From: Ignavibacteria bacterium
Lineage (GTDB): Bacteria; Bacteroidota; Ignavibacteria; Ch128b
NCBI GenBank assembly: GCA_026415235.1
Contig: JAOAHM010000028.1
Span: forward strand, 23,928-87,927
Reading direction: 5' to 3'
DNA: 64,000 nucleotides
The notes below the pieces were generated by a model. The model did no database searches. It saw only the letters and a program-made list of their open reading frames with translations, and was not told where the DNA came from. Both the position numbers and the translations under genes were made by a program. Each line of letters begins with the position of its first letter. The first letter of the stretch is position 1. Below are positions 37,928-47,726 of this stretch, piece after piece.

Positions 37928-38995
37928 TCAGATTGATTTTCTCTTATACATTATAAGGTCAAGTATTTTTTTTGAGAGTTCAAAGACTTCATCAACTGAA
38001 ATATCATTGATGTCCTCGGTAGGAGAAGAAATATAAAATTTATTTCTTCCAAGTGGGCGCCATTCGTAAACCATTGATTTTCTCATTAAGGCAATAAGAT
38101 TTGTGTTGGTCATAGTTGCTATATGCATCACTCCTGTATCGTTTGATATGAACAAATCACATTGATTAATCAGATTGACAAGTGAATCAAATTCAAAATT
38201 TTTAGCCACAAGAAAATTTATTTTTTCATTTTTAAGTTTCTCTAATAATTTATTTAGAACGGCTTCATCTATCTGACCTGATGTTATTACAAAACCACAA
38301 TTATAAATGGATTTTAATCTTTTTATTATTTGGAAGAAATTTTCAGTACTCCAAATATTTCGAGTTTGACCAGCACCAGGATGAATTCCAATTATCAGTT
38401 CATGTGATGCTAAGTTACTTTCAAGGAGATTTTTAATCTTCTCATTGTGATTTTGTTCGGTAAAACTTAAAGTTGAAAAAACTTCATCAAGAGTAACTTT
38501 ACATCCAAGTTGCTCTACAATTTGAATGTTTCTAAACATTTGATGTGTTTTCTCAGATAACCAATCGAAATTCTTTTTGATATTTAATAATGAACTGAAT
38601 TTGTTTCTATTTTTGCCAATTCCACTAATACCAACTCTTATTTTGATTCCCGAAAGAAAACTTACAATTAACGCAGTTGCTGAAAATCTTATGGTTGATG
38701 GAATTATGACAATATCGAAATGTCTTTTTCTTAATTCGTGAATTGTTTTTAATTGCGTTTTTAATGAAGACCGATTAAAGATAATTACTTCATCGAGCAA
38801 GGGGATAATTTTTTTGAAAGGGATTTCGTAATTAGTTTTTGAGGCAAGTAAACTAATTTTTGCATTTGGAAAACATTTTTTCAAAGCATAAAACATTGGT
38901 CTTGAAACAATCAAATCGCCAATTTGATTATGCTTACGAATGATTAAAATATTTTTAATCTCGCCTTTATCAATTTTTGAGATTTCATTGTTCAT
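37928..38995 (-). CDS. glycosyltransferase family 9 (heptosyltransferase-like)
   Basis: NILIIRKHNQIGDLIVSRP at the N-terminus and LFISNDTGVMHIA near the C-terminus are GT9 hallmarks. Confidence 0.8.
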   Translation of the reverse strand: MNNEISKIDKGEIKNILIIRKHNQIGDLIVSRPMFYALKKCFPNAKISLLASKTNYEIPFKKIIPLLDEVIIFNRSSLKTQLKTIHELRKRHFDIVIIPSTIRFSATALIVSFLSGIKIRVGISGIGKNRNKFSSLLNIKKNFDWLSEKTHQMFRNIQIVEQLGCKVTLDEVFSTLSFTEQNHNEKIKNLLESNLASHELIIGIHPGAGQTRNIWSTENFFQIIKRLKSIYNCGFVITSGQIDEAVLNKLLEKLKNEKINFLVAKNFEFDSLVNLINQCDLFISNDTGVMHIATMTNTNLIALMRKSMVYEWRPLGRNKFYISSPTEDINDISVDEVFELSKKILDLIMYKRKSI

Positions 38996-39077
38996 TGAAT
39001 GCTGAGCATTAATTAAGTAATTTTGTAAAAATTTTTATAAAAATAATAAACTTTTTCTGAAAGGTTTTACTGTTTGA

Positions 39078-39986
39078 ATGTCCAAAAAATTATTGGCTGT
39101 ACTAATAATATTTTCAGTTACAATTTCATCCTGTCTAAAGGAAGTTTCTGAACCAATCGAACCAGCAGTACTAAAAAAATTAAAACTAATTCCTGCTGAT
39201 CCAGTAAATATTATTTATCTAAACTTAAAAAGTATTAAACGAACCAAGTTAGGAAAAAATTTTCTGAAGGATAATGTGGAATTTCCTTCTAACTTAAATC
39301 AATCTTTCTTTGATAGCTTAGGAATTAATTTCAAGCAAGATGTCGATGAAATTATCATTGCCACTCAATGGGATGATATTAATACTTTTATCATTACTCT
39401 GAATAAACCATTAAAATTAGATACAAATAATTCGTCAATCAAAAATACTAATTATACAATTTTAGATGATAAGATATTAGTTCTTTCAAATAGTAATGAA
39501 CGAATTAAAGAAATCGAGACAGGTGATTTTGAAAATAGTTTTACAAAAAATCCGCTCTTTAGAAGAATGATAAATTCAGTCCATTATAAAGAACATTTTT
39601 GGTTTATGACCCAAAACAAATCAGCATTATTAAAACTTCTAAAAAATGGAAATTCAGATGAAGAAAAGCTTGAGAAACTTTTTTATGCGGTAAGATTCAT
39701 AAATTTTTCAGTGAAATTTGATCGAGATTTAAATATCAATTCGCATTGGGAATGTATTGATGTGGCAAAAGCAAATCTTCTAAAAAGCGTTATAAATGGG
39801 TTAATTTCTGCTCTAGCATTAACGGAACCAAACGATCCTTTAGTTAGAGAAATTTCTAAATCAGAAATATTTTTAGAGAATAAAGGTGTAGAAATATTCT
39901 TAAAAATTTCTCCTGAAAAAATTGAATTAATAAAACAATCTGAAATTAAAAATAAAATAAAGAGATTAGCGGAACATGAACGGTGA
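39078..39986 (+). CDS. hypothetical lipoprotein
   Basis: Lipobox VTISSC. No family recognised. Overlaps the downstream dehydrogenase gene by 11 nt. Confidence 0.5.
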   Translation: MSKKLLAVLIIFSVTISSCLKEVSEPIEPAVLKKLKLIPADPVNIIYLNLKSIKRTKLGKNFLKDNVEFPSNLNQSFFDSLGINFKQDVDEIIIATQWDDINTFIITLNKPLKLDTNNSSIKNTNYTILDDKILVLSNSNERIKEIETGDFENSFTKNPLFRRMINSVHYKEHFWFMTQNKSALLKLLKNGNSDEEKLEKLFYAVRFINFSVKFDRDLNINSHWECIDVAKANLLKSVINGLISALALTEPNDPLVREISKSEIFLENKGVEIFLKISPEKIELIKQSEIKNKIKRLAEHER

Positions 39987-40920
39987 AGAGAAAAAATTAA
40001 GACTTCAAGACTTAATTGACGAAATGCCTCTCCCACAAGTGGAGACAGAACGAATCGAAACCGTTGGTATCATTGGCGGTGGAATAATGGGAACGGGAAT
40101 TGCTCAAGCTGCATCCCAGGCTGGTTTAGATGTAATTATTGTAGAGAAAGATGAATTAGGCGCTGAGAGAAGTCAAAAAAGATTAAATGAAAGTATGGAT
40201 CGGGAAATTCAAAGATGGGGTATGACAATAAGTGAAAAGAAAGCAATCCTTCAAAGAATAAAATGGACAACCGACATAAATGAAGTTAGTGAATGTGATA
40301 TAATTATCGAAGCCGTTGATGAAGATTTGAAACTTAAGCAAGAAATTTTTAAAAAACTTGATAAGATTTGTCCGCCTGAAACAATTTTTGTGTCCAACAC
40401 ATCAACCTTGAGTCTTTCTAAAATTGCGGAAGGAACATCTCGAGGACATAAAACAATTGGAATGCACTTCTTGAATCCAGTACCGAAGATTCCTGTTGTC
40501 GAAATTGTAAGAGGAATTGAAACCTCCGATGAGACAACTAACATCGCAAAATCTTTTGCAAAAAAATTAGGTAAAACACCAGTTGAAGTTTTTGAATATC
40601 CTGGCTTCATTACAACTCGAGTAATCGTTCCTTTCTTAAACGAAGCAATGCATATTTTAATGGAAGGACTCGCAACAGCTGAAGGCATTGACACTGCAAC
40701 AAAACTTGGTTATAATCTACCAATCGGACCACTCGAACTTGCTGATACAATGGGACTTGATGAGATATTAGCTTGGATGGAAACACTCTGGCATGAACTC
40801 GGTGAACCAAGATATAGACCTTGTCCTTTATTGAGAAAATATGTTCGTGAAGGTAAACTTGGTAAAAAATCCGGTGAAGGATTTTTCAAATACGATGAAC
40901 ATGGAAGAAAAATAACATAA
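39976..40920 (+). CDS. hbd: 3-hydroxyacyl/3-hydroxybutyryl-CoA dehydrogenase
   Basis: GIIGGGIMGTGIAQ NAD fold, FVSNTSTLS, GMHFLNPVP, GFITTRV, C-terminal KSGEGFFKY. M17 (40024) is an alternative start. Confidence 0.85.
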   Translation: MNGEEKKLRLQDLIDEMPLPQVETERIETVGIIGGGIMGTGIAQAASQAGLDVIIVEKDELGAERSQKRLNESMDREIQRWGMTISEKKAILQRIKWTTDINEVSECDIIIEAVDEDLKLKQEIFKKLDKICPPETIFVSNTSTLSLSKIAEGTSRGHKTIGMHFLNPVPKIPVVEIVRGIETSDETTNIAKSFAKKLGKTPVEVFEYPGFITTRVIVPFLNEAMHILMEGLATAEGIDTATKLGYNLPIGPLELADTMGLDEILAWMETLWHELGEPRYRPCPLLRKYVREGKLGKKSGEGFFKYDEHGRKIT

Positions 40921-40935
40921 TCTAAGGGTTGAAAG

Positions 40936-42156
40936 ATGAAAGTTTTAGTATTGAATTGTGGTAGTTCATCAATTAAATATCAATTTATTTCTACTGATGA
41001 TAGAACAGTTTTGGCAAAAGGATTAATAGAAAGAATTGGTTCTTCAACTGCAATACTCACGCACCAAAGGTATGATGGTGATACAATAAAAATAACTGGT
41101 GAAATTTTAGACCATGATATTGCAATTGAGTATGTTATTGCTGTATTACTAAGTAAAAATCATGGCGTGATTAAAGATAGAAGTGAAATTGAAGCAGTAG
41201 GTCATCGTGTAGTTCATGGTGGTGAAGATTTTTCAGGTAGTGTCTTAATTACTGATGCTGTAATCCAGACTTTGAAAGATAATATTGAATTGGCACCATT
41301 GCATAATCCACCGAACATAAAAGGTATTGTTGCATGCCAGAAACATCTTCCAGGCGTTCCACAAGTTGGTGTCTTTGATACTGCATTTCATCAGAAGATG
41401 CCTCCAAAAGCATATCTTTACGGAATACCTTATGTTTTGTACAAGAAGTATAAGATAAGAAGATATGGTTTTCATGGAACATCTCATTTGTTTGTTTCAA
41501 GAAGAGTTGCTGAATTGTTAAATCAACCTCATGAAAATTTAAAAATTATTACCTGTCATCTTGGAAATGGTTGTAGTGTGGCTGCAATTGATGGTGGAGT
41601 TTCAATTGACACTTCAATGGGTTTCACACCACTCGAAGGACTTTTGATGGGAACTCGTTGTGGAGATTTAGACCCTTCAATTCCACTTCATGTAATGGGA
41701 AAAGAAGAATTAACTCTCGCTGAAGTGAATACAATGTTAAATAAACATAGTGGATTGATGGGAATTTCTGGTGTTTCAAATGATATGCGTGAAATTATTA
41801 AAGCAATGCATGAGGGAAATGAAAGGGCTAAATATGCTTTTGAAGTATTTTGCTATAGAATTAAAAAATATATCGGAGCTTATGTAGCAGCACTTGGTGG
41901 TCTTGATGCAATTGTATTCACTGGTGGAATTGGTGAAAATAGTGTTGATGTGAGAAGAGAAGTTTTATCTAACCTTGAATTTTTAGGAATTGAACTTGAT
42001 GAAGAAAAAAATCAAATCTCTTCAGGTGAAAGATTAATAACAAAAGAAAATTCAAGAGTGAAAGTTTTTGTAATTCCAACAAATGAAGAATTGGTGATTG
42101 CTCTGGATACTGCACAAATTGTAAGTGAAATCCAGAATCATGTAGAAAGTAAATAA
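40936..42156 (+). CDS. ackA: acetate kinase
   Basis: MKVLVLNCGSSSIKYQ, GHRVVHGG, FDTAFHQ, YGFHGTSH and FTGGIGEN motifs. Confidence 0.95.
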   Translation: MKVLVLNCGSSSIKYQFISTDDRTVLAKGLIERIGSSTAILTHQRYDGDTIKITGEILDHDIAIEYVIAVLLSKNHGVIKDRSEIEAVGHRVVHGGEDFSGSVLITDAVIQTLKDNIELAPLHNPPNIKGIVACQKHLPGVPQVGVFDTAFHQKMPPKAYLYGIPYVLYKKYKIRRYGFHGTSHLFVSRRVAELLNQPHENLKIITCHLGNGCSVAAIDGGVSIDTSMGFTPLEGLLMGTRCGDLDPSIPLHVMGKEELTLAEVNTMLNKHSGLMGISGVSNDMREIIKAMHEGNERAKYAFEVFCYRIKKYIGAYVAALGGLDAIVFTGGIGENSVDVRREVLSNLEFLGIELDEEKNQISSGERLITKENSRVKVFVIPTNEELVIALDTAQIVSEIQNHVESK

Positions 42157-42180
42157 CAAAATAGATTTTTCATAGAGTAG

Positions 42181-42771
42181 ATGAGCTTAAATAATTTTTT
42201 ACTCAGTTTCATTCCTTTATTTGTAGCGATAGATATAATTGGAACGGCACCAATTTATTTAGCTCTCACAGAACAGTTTGAAAAAAAAGAGAAACGCCGT
42301 TTGGTTATACAGGCTGTCATCACAGCTTTTATTCTTGCAATGATATTCATTGCAACTGGAAAAGTAATCCTTGATTTTATGGGCATTACTCTTAATGACT
42401 TTAGAATTGGTGGTGGTCTTGTGTTATTAATTCTTGCAATTAACGATTTAGTTTTTGCAAGTGACGAAACGAGAAAACCACAAGGAACAATTGGTATCGT
42501 GCCTCTTGGTATACCATTGATTATGGGACCAGCTGCACTTACAACAATCTTAGTAATCTTGAACAACAATGGAATTTTACCGACTATTTTTTCGGTTTTT
42601 GTGAACTTGCTTATTGTTTTTGTTGTACTTTATTATGCTGAAAAATTAGTTGATTTGATTGGTGAAGCGGGCGCAAAAGCATTTGCTAAAGTTGCATCGT
42701 TGTTTTTAGCTGCTATTGCAGTTATGATGATTAGAGTAGGTATTATGGAAGTAATTAAAGAGATGCGCTAA
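42181..42771 (+). CDS. MarC-family (UPF0056) integral membrane protein
   Basis: 196 aa with 6 hydrophobic segments. FIPLFVAIDIIGTAPIYLAL and PLGIPLIMGPAALTT are typical MarC motifs. Confidence 0.75.
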   Translation: MSLNNFLLSFIPLFVAIDIIGTAPIYLALTEQFEKKEKRRLVIQAVITAFILAMIFIATGKVILDFMGITLNDFRIGGGLVLLILAINDLVFASDETRKPQGTIGIVPLGIPLIMGPAALTTILVILNNNGILPTIFSVFVNLLIVFVVLYYAEKLVDLIGEAGAKAFAKVASLFLAAIAVMMIRVGIMEVIKEMR

Positions 42772-43280
42772 GATTTTGTTTGAATATATCCTCGATATGG
42801 TGTTGCAGGTTGAATTGTAATAAATGCTTTTGGATCTATACTTTCCACAATTTCTAAAAATTCTTTTTGTCTTTTTCTTGCGATTATTGAAACCAATATT
42901 GCCTGACCGCCACTTCCACCTTCGCCTGGTAAAATTGTTACTCCAAATTTTTTTCTTCTCAGTTCATTTGCAATTTCATCAGCATAGTGAAGTGAAATGA
43001 TATAAATTTGAACAAAACCAAGTCCAAATTTTTGTTCAAGTGTAATTCCAATTATGTTTCCTAATCCAAATCCAGTAGAATAACCTAAGATGTTCCATAA
43101 ATTATCAATGTGCATCATAATATGACGGATTGCTAATACCCAAATTGTAACTTCAATAAATCCTAAAATGCCTGCATAATATTTTCTTCCTTGAACTACC
43201 ATTAATGTTCTAATAGTGCTAAGTGTTACATCCACTATTCTCATACACATTATCATTACAGCACTTAGAAAAATTTCCAT
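42768..43280 (-). CDS. UPF0316-family membrane protein (DUF2179 C-terminal domain)
   Basis: RIVDVTLSTIRTLMVVQGRKYYAG at the N-terminus, then a soluble C-terminal domain GVTILPGEGGSG. Tail-to-tail 4-nt overlap with the MarC gene. Confidence 0.7.
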   Translation of the reverse strand: MEIFLSAVMIMCMRIVDVTLSTIRTLMVVQGRKYYAGILGFIEVTIWVLAIRHIMMHIDNLWNILGYSTGFGLGNIIGITLEQKFGLGFVQIYIISLHYADEIANELRRKKFGVTILPGEGGSGGQAILVSIIARKRQKEFLEIVESIDPKAFITIQPATPYRGYIQTKS

Positions 43281-43457
43281 TTAATCTCCAACTTTTTACA
43301 AAAATAATCATTGAAACAAAATTGACCTTCATATCTTTATTCTCAAAAATTTTGTAGGTAAAAAATTACAAGAATTGCTTCTTTGAATCGTTGTAATTCT
43401 CTACTATCGTATTTAAGTTACAACTCGAGGCTGAGAAAAAATTTTGTGAATAGTATC

Positions 43458-43931
43458 ATGCTTGAAAAAAAATCCACTAACTTTTTCTTCAAAACAATGA
43501 ATTTAATTTATCTTGGTTATTTAATAAGTGGTTGTATTGTTATACTATTTTCTATTTATTTATGGAATTTCGATTTAAGTATATCTACAAGTTTATCAAC
43601 TGAGAAAAAAATTGTAATTGGAATTTATTCCGTCATTTCTGTAATTCTTTCACAATTAACATTCAAAAAAACAATTAGTAAAATCAAATTAGAAGACCAA
43701 CTTATTGTAAAACTTCAGAGTTATCAAAGTGCTGTGATTTATAAACTAAGCATCTTGGAATTCACTTTAATTGTTACGATAATGTTTTTTATTTTCACAA
43801 AAGTTTGGTCACTTTTGATTATAAGTGTAATTTTCTTCGCTTTAATTTTAATTAGTAGACCAAATAAGAAAAACTTATTAAAAAACCTTCCTTTCTCATC
43901 CAACGAAGTTGAATTACTATATCAGAAATGA
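43458..43931 (+). CDS. hypothetical membrane protein
   Basis: ORF 43383..43931 starts at TTG. First ATG is at 43458. Four hydrophobic segments. No family recognised. Confidence 0.4.
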   Translation: MLEKKSTNFFFKTMNLIYLGYLISGCIVILFSIYLWNFDLSISTSLSTEKKIVIGIYSVISVILSQLTFKKTISKIKLEDQLIVKLQSYQSAVIYKLSILEFTLIVTIMFFIFTKVWSLLIISVIFFALILISRPNKKNLLKNLPFSSNEVELLYQK

Positions 43932-44012
43932 AAAAGTAATTGAAGTCCAACTTGCGAAGAATTCAGAATTCAAAAAAGTCAAAAAATTTTATAAGCTAAT
44001 TTTTCCAATTAA

Positions 44013-44557
44013 TTAGCTTTTGATCTAAGTCTTGAAGTCGTAACGACAAATAAGCATAGTAGTAAAATTAATGCAATTTATCTTTTCGTTAGTAATCAAA
44101 AAGAACTGGAAAAATTTTTTGAGAAAATATTTTCTTACTTAAATGGAAATCATTTCCTGTGTTTATTTTACCCAAAATTGACTTCAAAATTTAAAAGTGA
44201 CTTCAATAGAGATATTATTTTAAGATTTTTACAAAAATTCATTGTGAGAATTTCAATATTAGTCTCATTGGATTATGATTTGTCGGCATTATTGATAAAA
44301 AAGTAGAGCAAGATACTTTCTAAACGCAAAAAAGTTAATCAGAAATTTTTTCTAAATACATTCATAAAGAAAATCGAAAAGTTATCCCACCAGAAGATTT
44401 ATTGAAAGAATTAAAGAAACATCAAACCGCTCTCGAAAGATTTGATAAATTGTCTATTACTCATAAAAAGGAATATGTTTAATATATCCTCAAAGCTAAA
44501 AAACCAGAAACTTGACAAAAGAGAATATTAAAAGTTATTACAAAACTCAATCAGTGA
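44013..44557 (+). pseudogene. decayed YdeI/OmpD-associated-family-like gene (no start, one frameshift, in-frame stops)
   Basis: Frame A reads ...INAIYLFVSNQKELEKFF...LCLFYPKLTSKFKSDFNRDIILRF...VSLDYDLSALLIKK*. Frame B reads ...VIPPEDLLKELKKHQTALERFDKLSITHKKEYV*YILKAKKPET*QKRILKVITKLNQ*, with TAA at 44480 and TGA at 44513 and 44555. Confidence 0.55.
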
Positions 44558-44615
44558 TTTCACTAAATTCCAATATTTTTCTTGATGTATTATAACTTTA
44601 TTTATAATTTCAAGT

Positions 44616-45458
44616 ATGAACAAGGTAATTTATTTTCTAAACAATAATTTTGTTGAGAAAGATAGAGCAGTTATTCCTGTAAATGATATTGGTTTATTGA
44701 GAGCTTACGCTGTTTTTGATTATTTAAAAACATATTTTTCAAAACCTTTCCACTTAAATGATCACATTGACCGATTATTCAAATCAGCTGAATATATTGG
44801 ATTAAAAATTCCTAAGACTAAATCAGAAATTCGAGAAATAGTGTTAGAATTAATCAGTATAAACAAATTCGTTGAATCGAGTATTAGGATAATTGTAACT
44901 GGAGGAGAAAGTCCTGATGGTAAGAAAAAAGGTGAACCAAATTTGATAATTACTTGTGAACCAAGAAATGAAATAGATAAAACTTTTTATGAAAAAGGTG
45001 TGAAAATAAAAACAGTTAGAGATTATCGTGAAGCACCTATTGCAAAGACGATTAACTACACTATGGCAGTAAAGTATTTAAGTGAATATTTCCCACAAGG
45101 TTATTTTGAAGTATTGTATGTTCACAATTCAAAAATCACAGAGTGTACTTCAAGCAATATTTTTTTCATCAAAGGGACAAAGATTATTACACCAAAAGAT
45201 GAAATTTTGCCTGGGATAACGAGAAAAATTATTATTGACCAAGCTTCAAAGTTTTTTGATATTGATGAACGAGATGTCTATCTCCATGAAATCTATGATT
45301 TTGAAGAAGCGTTTATTACTTCAACTGATAAGGAAGTTTTGCCAGTAATTTCAATTGATACTCATTACTTTAATAAAGGAATTGTTGGTGAAAAAACAAG
45401 AAAAATAATGAAACTCTTCAAAAGCTATGTTGACTCAAAAATTTGGTTTGAGAATTAA
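44616..45458 (+). CDS. class IV aminotransferase (branched-chain/D-amino-acid aminotransferase family)
   Basis: 280 aa. RAYAVFDYLKTY, SIRIIVTGGES, ECTSSNIFFIKG and PGITR match fold-type IV PLP enzymes. Confidence 0.85.
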   Translation: MNKVIYFLNNNFVEKDRAVIPVNDIGLLRAYAVFDYLKTYFSKPFHLNDHIDRLFKSAEYIGLKIPKTKSEIREIVLELISINKFVESSIRIIVTGGESPDGKKKGEPNLIITCEPRNEIDKTFYEKGVKIKTVRDYREAPIAKTINYTMAVKYLSEYFPQGYFEVLYVHNSKITECTSSNIFFIKGTKIITPKDEILPGITRKIIIDQASKFFDIDERDVYLHEIYDFEEAFITSTDKEVLPVISIDTHYFNKGIVGEKTRKIMKLFKSYVDSKIWFEN

Positions 45459-45491
45459 TATTATTTCCACTTTCCTTAATTAAAAATAAAA

Positions 45492-46364
45492 CTAAACTTC
45501 TATTCCTAATCCTTCTCTTACTAAAATTCCTATACCAAATGTAATTGCGGTAACTATCAAGTTTAGAATTACCATTTCCAAAAAACGGTGTTTGAAAGAT
45601 AAATCCTTTGCAACGGATATGTAATAATTGAAAAGAAAAATAATCATTATTGCAACAAAGATTGTAATTGGCAAAGCAATAAATGGATTTGAGAGTAAGA
45701 GATAGGGTAGAACCAATAAAATTACTGTGATTATGTATGCAACTCCAGTATAAAATGCAGATTTAATGTAATTTTTATTTTCACCTTCTGCTTTTTCAGA
45801 AAGATAATTGGAAGCAGCCATTGAGAAAGATGCAGCTATACCAGTAATTAAACCAGCAAGTGCAATGATTTGAGTATTTTGAATCGCAAAAGTTAAACCT
45901 GCCAAAGCACCTGTTAATTCTATTAAAGCATCGTTTAATCCAAGTACAATCGAACCAGCATATCTGAGTTTTTCTTCATCAATCATATCTATGAGAGCGT
46001 TTTCGTGAGAGTTTTCTTCAGCAATTATTTTTTCAGCTTCTGGTAATCTTTCAACTATAGTTGAATAAAATTTTTCAGCTTTTTGCTCACCTTTTTCCAT
46101 TAATTTAATACTAAATGTAATACCGAAAATCCGAGCCATTAAATTGTAAAGATAAACTTTGAAGCGATTTGGTTTGACTTCTTTGTTTGTTAACTTTTTC
46201 CAATAATTATAGTGAGCGAGTTCATCGTTAGCGATTTTAAGTAAGACTTCAGAATTATTTTTATCTTTTATTACTCTTGATAAGTAACTATAAACATAAA
46301 ACTCAGTAATCTCATTTTTTTGAACGAACAAAAGTTTTTCTCTCAAATCGTTATCAATTGTCAT
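45492..46364 (-). CDS. VIT1/CCC1-family iron transporter with N-terminal ferritin-like domain
   Basis: N-terminal E..E..H pairs (ITEFYVY...ANDELAHYNYW, EKGEQKAE, AEENSHENAL). C-terminal half GSIVLGLNDALIELTGALAGLT plus TM segments. Confidence 0.8.
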   Translation of the reverse strand: MTIDNDLREKLLFVQKNEITEFYVYSYLSRVIKDKNNSEVLLKIANDELAHYNYWKKLTNKEVKPNRFKVYLYNLMARIFGITFSIKLMEKGEQKAEKFYSTIVERLPEAEKIIAEENSHENALIDMIDEEKLRYAGSIVLGLNDALIELTGALAGLTFAIQNTQIIALAGLITGIAASFSMAASNYLSEKAEGENKNYIKSAFYTGVAYIITVILLVLPYLLLSNPFIALPITIFVAIMIIFLFNYYISVAKDLSFKHRFLEMVILNLIVTAITFGIGILVREGLGIEV

Positions 46365-46385
46365 ATTGCCTCCAATAAATTTGAA

Positions 46386-47462
46386 TTAATTGGTTTGAAA
46401 ACTTTGTTTGAGTTTTTCTGTTCTATCTGCAAGTTTAAGTTGTTCAATTAATTCATCAAGATTACCATCTAAAATTTCTTGAAGATTGTAGAGAGTGAGT
46501 CCGATTCTGTGGTCAGTTACTCTGTTCTGTGGAAAATTATAAGTCCGAATTTTATCACTTCTATCACCTTTACGAACCATTGACCTTCGTTGTTCAGCTA
46601 ATTCTTTGTTTTGTTCTTCCATTTGCAAATCATAAAGTCGTGCTCTAAGAACTTTCATTGCTTTGATACGATTTTGAATTTGAGATCGTTCATCTTGACA
46701 TTGCACTACAATTCCAGTTGGAATATGAGTAATTCGAACTGCCGTTTCTACTTTATTGACATTTTGTCCACCTGCACCACCACTTCTGAAAATATCAATT
46801 CTTAAGTCATTCGGATTAATTTCAACTTCAACTTCCTCGGCTTCGGGAAGAACTACAACAGATGCTGCAGAAGTATGAATTCGTCCACTTGATTCTGTCT
46901 TAGGTACTCTCTGTACACGATGAACACCACTTTCATATTTCATATTTCCATAAGCTCCTTCACCTTGAAGCATGAAGATAACTTCTTTCAAACCGCCAAT
47001 GCCTGTATCGTTCATATCAATTAGTTCAACCTTCCATCCTTTACTTTCAGCGTATCGAGTGTACATTCGAAAAAGGTCGGCAGCAAAAAGTGCAGCTTCC
47101 TCTCCACCAGTACCAGCTCTAATCTCAACTATACAATTCTTGGAATCGTTTGGATCTTTAGGTAAGAGCAAAAGCTTCAATTCCTCTTCTAACTTTTCAA
47201 GTTGTTGTTCGAGTTCATCAAGCTCCGACTTAGCAAGTTCAACAAGCTCGGGATCAGCTTTGGAGTAAATTATTTCCTTGTTGCCTTCGATATTCTTTTT
47301 TACTTCTTTGTATTTCTTGTATGTATTTACAATTTCTTCAAGTTCGCTTCTTTCTTTTGTGAGTTTTATCAATTTTTGTTGATCTGATATTACTTCCGGT
47401 TTCAGTAACTCTTGATTTATTTCTTCAAAGCGCTCTACAATTTTCTCTAAGTTTTCGAACAT
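46386..47462 (-). CDS. prfA: peptide chain release factor 1
   Basis: GGQ motif [38 protein letters not shown] carries the RF1-type PxT tripeptide. Confidence 0.95.
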   Translation of the reverse strand: MFENLEKIVERFEEINQELLKPEVISDQQKLIKLTKERSELEEIVNTYKKYKEVKKNIEGNKEIIYSKADPELVELAKSELDELEQQLEKLEEELKLLLLPKDPNDSKNCIVEIRAGTGGEEAALFAADLFRMYTRYAESKGWKVELIDMNDTGIGGLKEVIFMLQGEGAYGNMKYESGVHRVQRVPKTESSGRIHTSAASVVVLPEAEEVEVEINPNDLRIDIFRSGGAGGQNVNKVETAVRITHIPTGIVVQCQDERSQIQNRIKAMKVLRARLYDLQMEEQNKELAEQRRSMVRKGDRSDKIRTYNFPQNRVTDHRIGLTLYNLQEILDGNLDELIEQLKLADRTEKLKQSFQTN

Positions 47463-47726
47463 AAATTCCTCTCTTAAGCTTTCAAAAATAGAAAATCTAA
47501 AAGTTTAAATTAAATTTTGTTGAATCATTGTATCGAAATTTTTTTGAGTAGAAATTTAGAAATTTAACCAAGAGTGAATTTAGAAACTTAATCCGAATTA
47601 GAATTTGTGAATTTCGTTTTTGCGTAAGCCTGACTAAAAAAGATATCTAAAAGATTTTTGCTCGTGTTTTTATGGTAGGTGAATTTTAATTAAGAAATTT
47701 AATCACCAAATCGGAAGGAAGAAAAG

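Noticed and set aside
44480-44515. In-frame TAA and TGA in the YdeI-like sequence as a sign of an alternative genetic code
   Set aside because: All other genes in the window terminate normally at TAA, TAG or TGA. The TGA sits at a conserved Arg position (CGA to TGA), not at Trp or Gly. The locus also has a frameshift and no start codon, so a pseudogene is the simpler explanation.
47551-47614. Three to four copies of GAAWTTAGAA-like words upstream of prfA
   Set aside because: These are low-complexity AT-rich sequence with imperfect, irregular spacing. They cannot be distinguished from background without comparative data.
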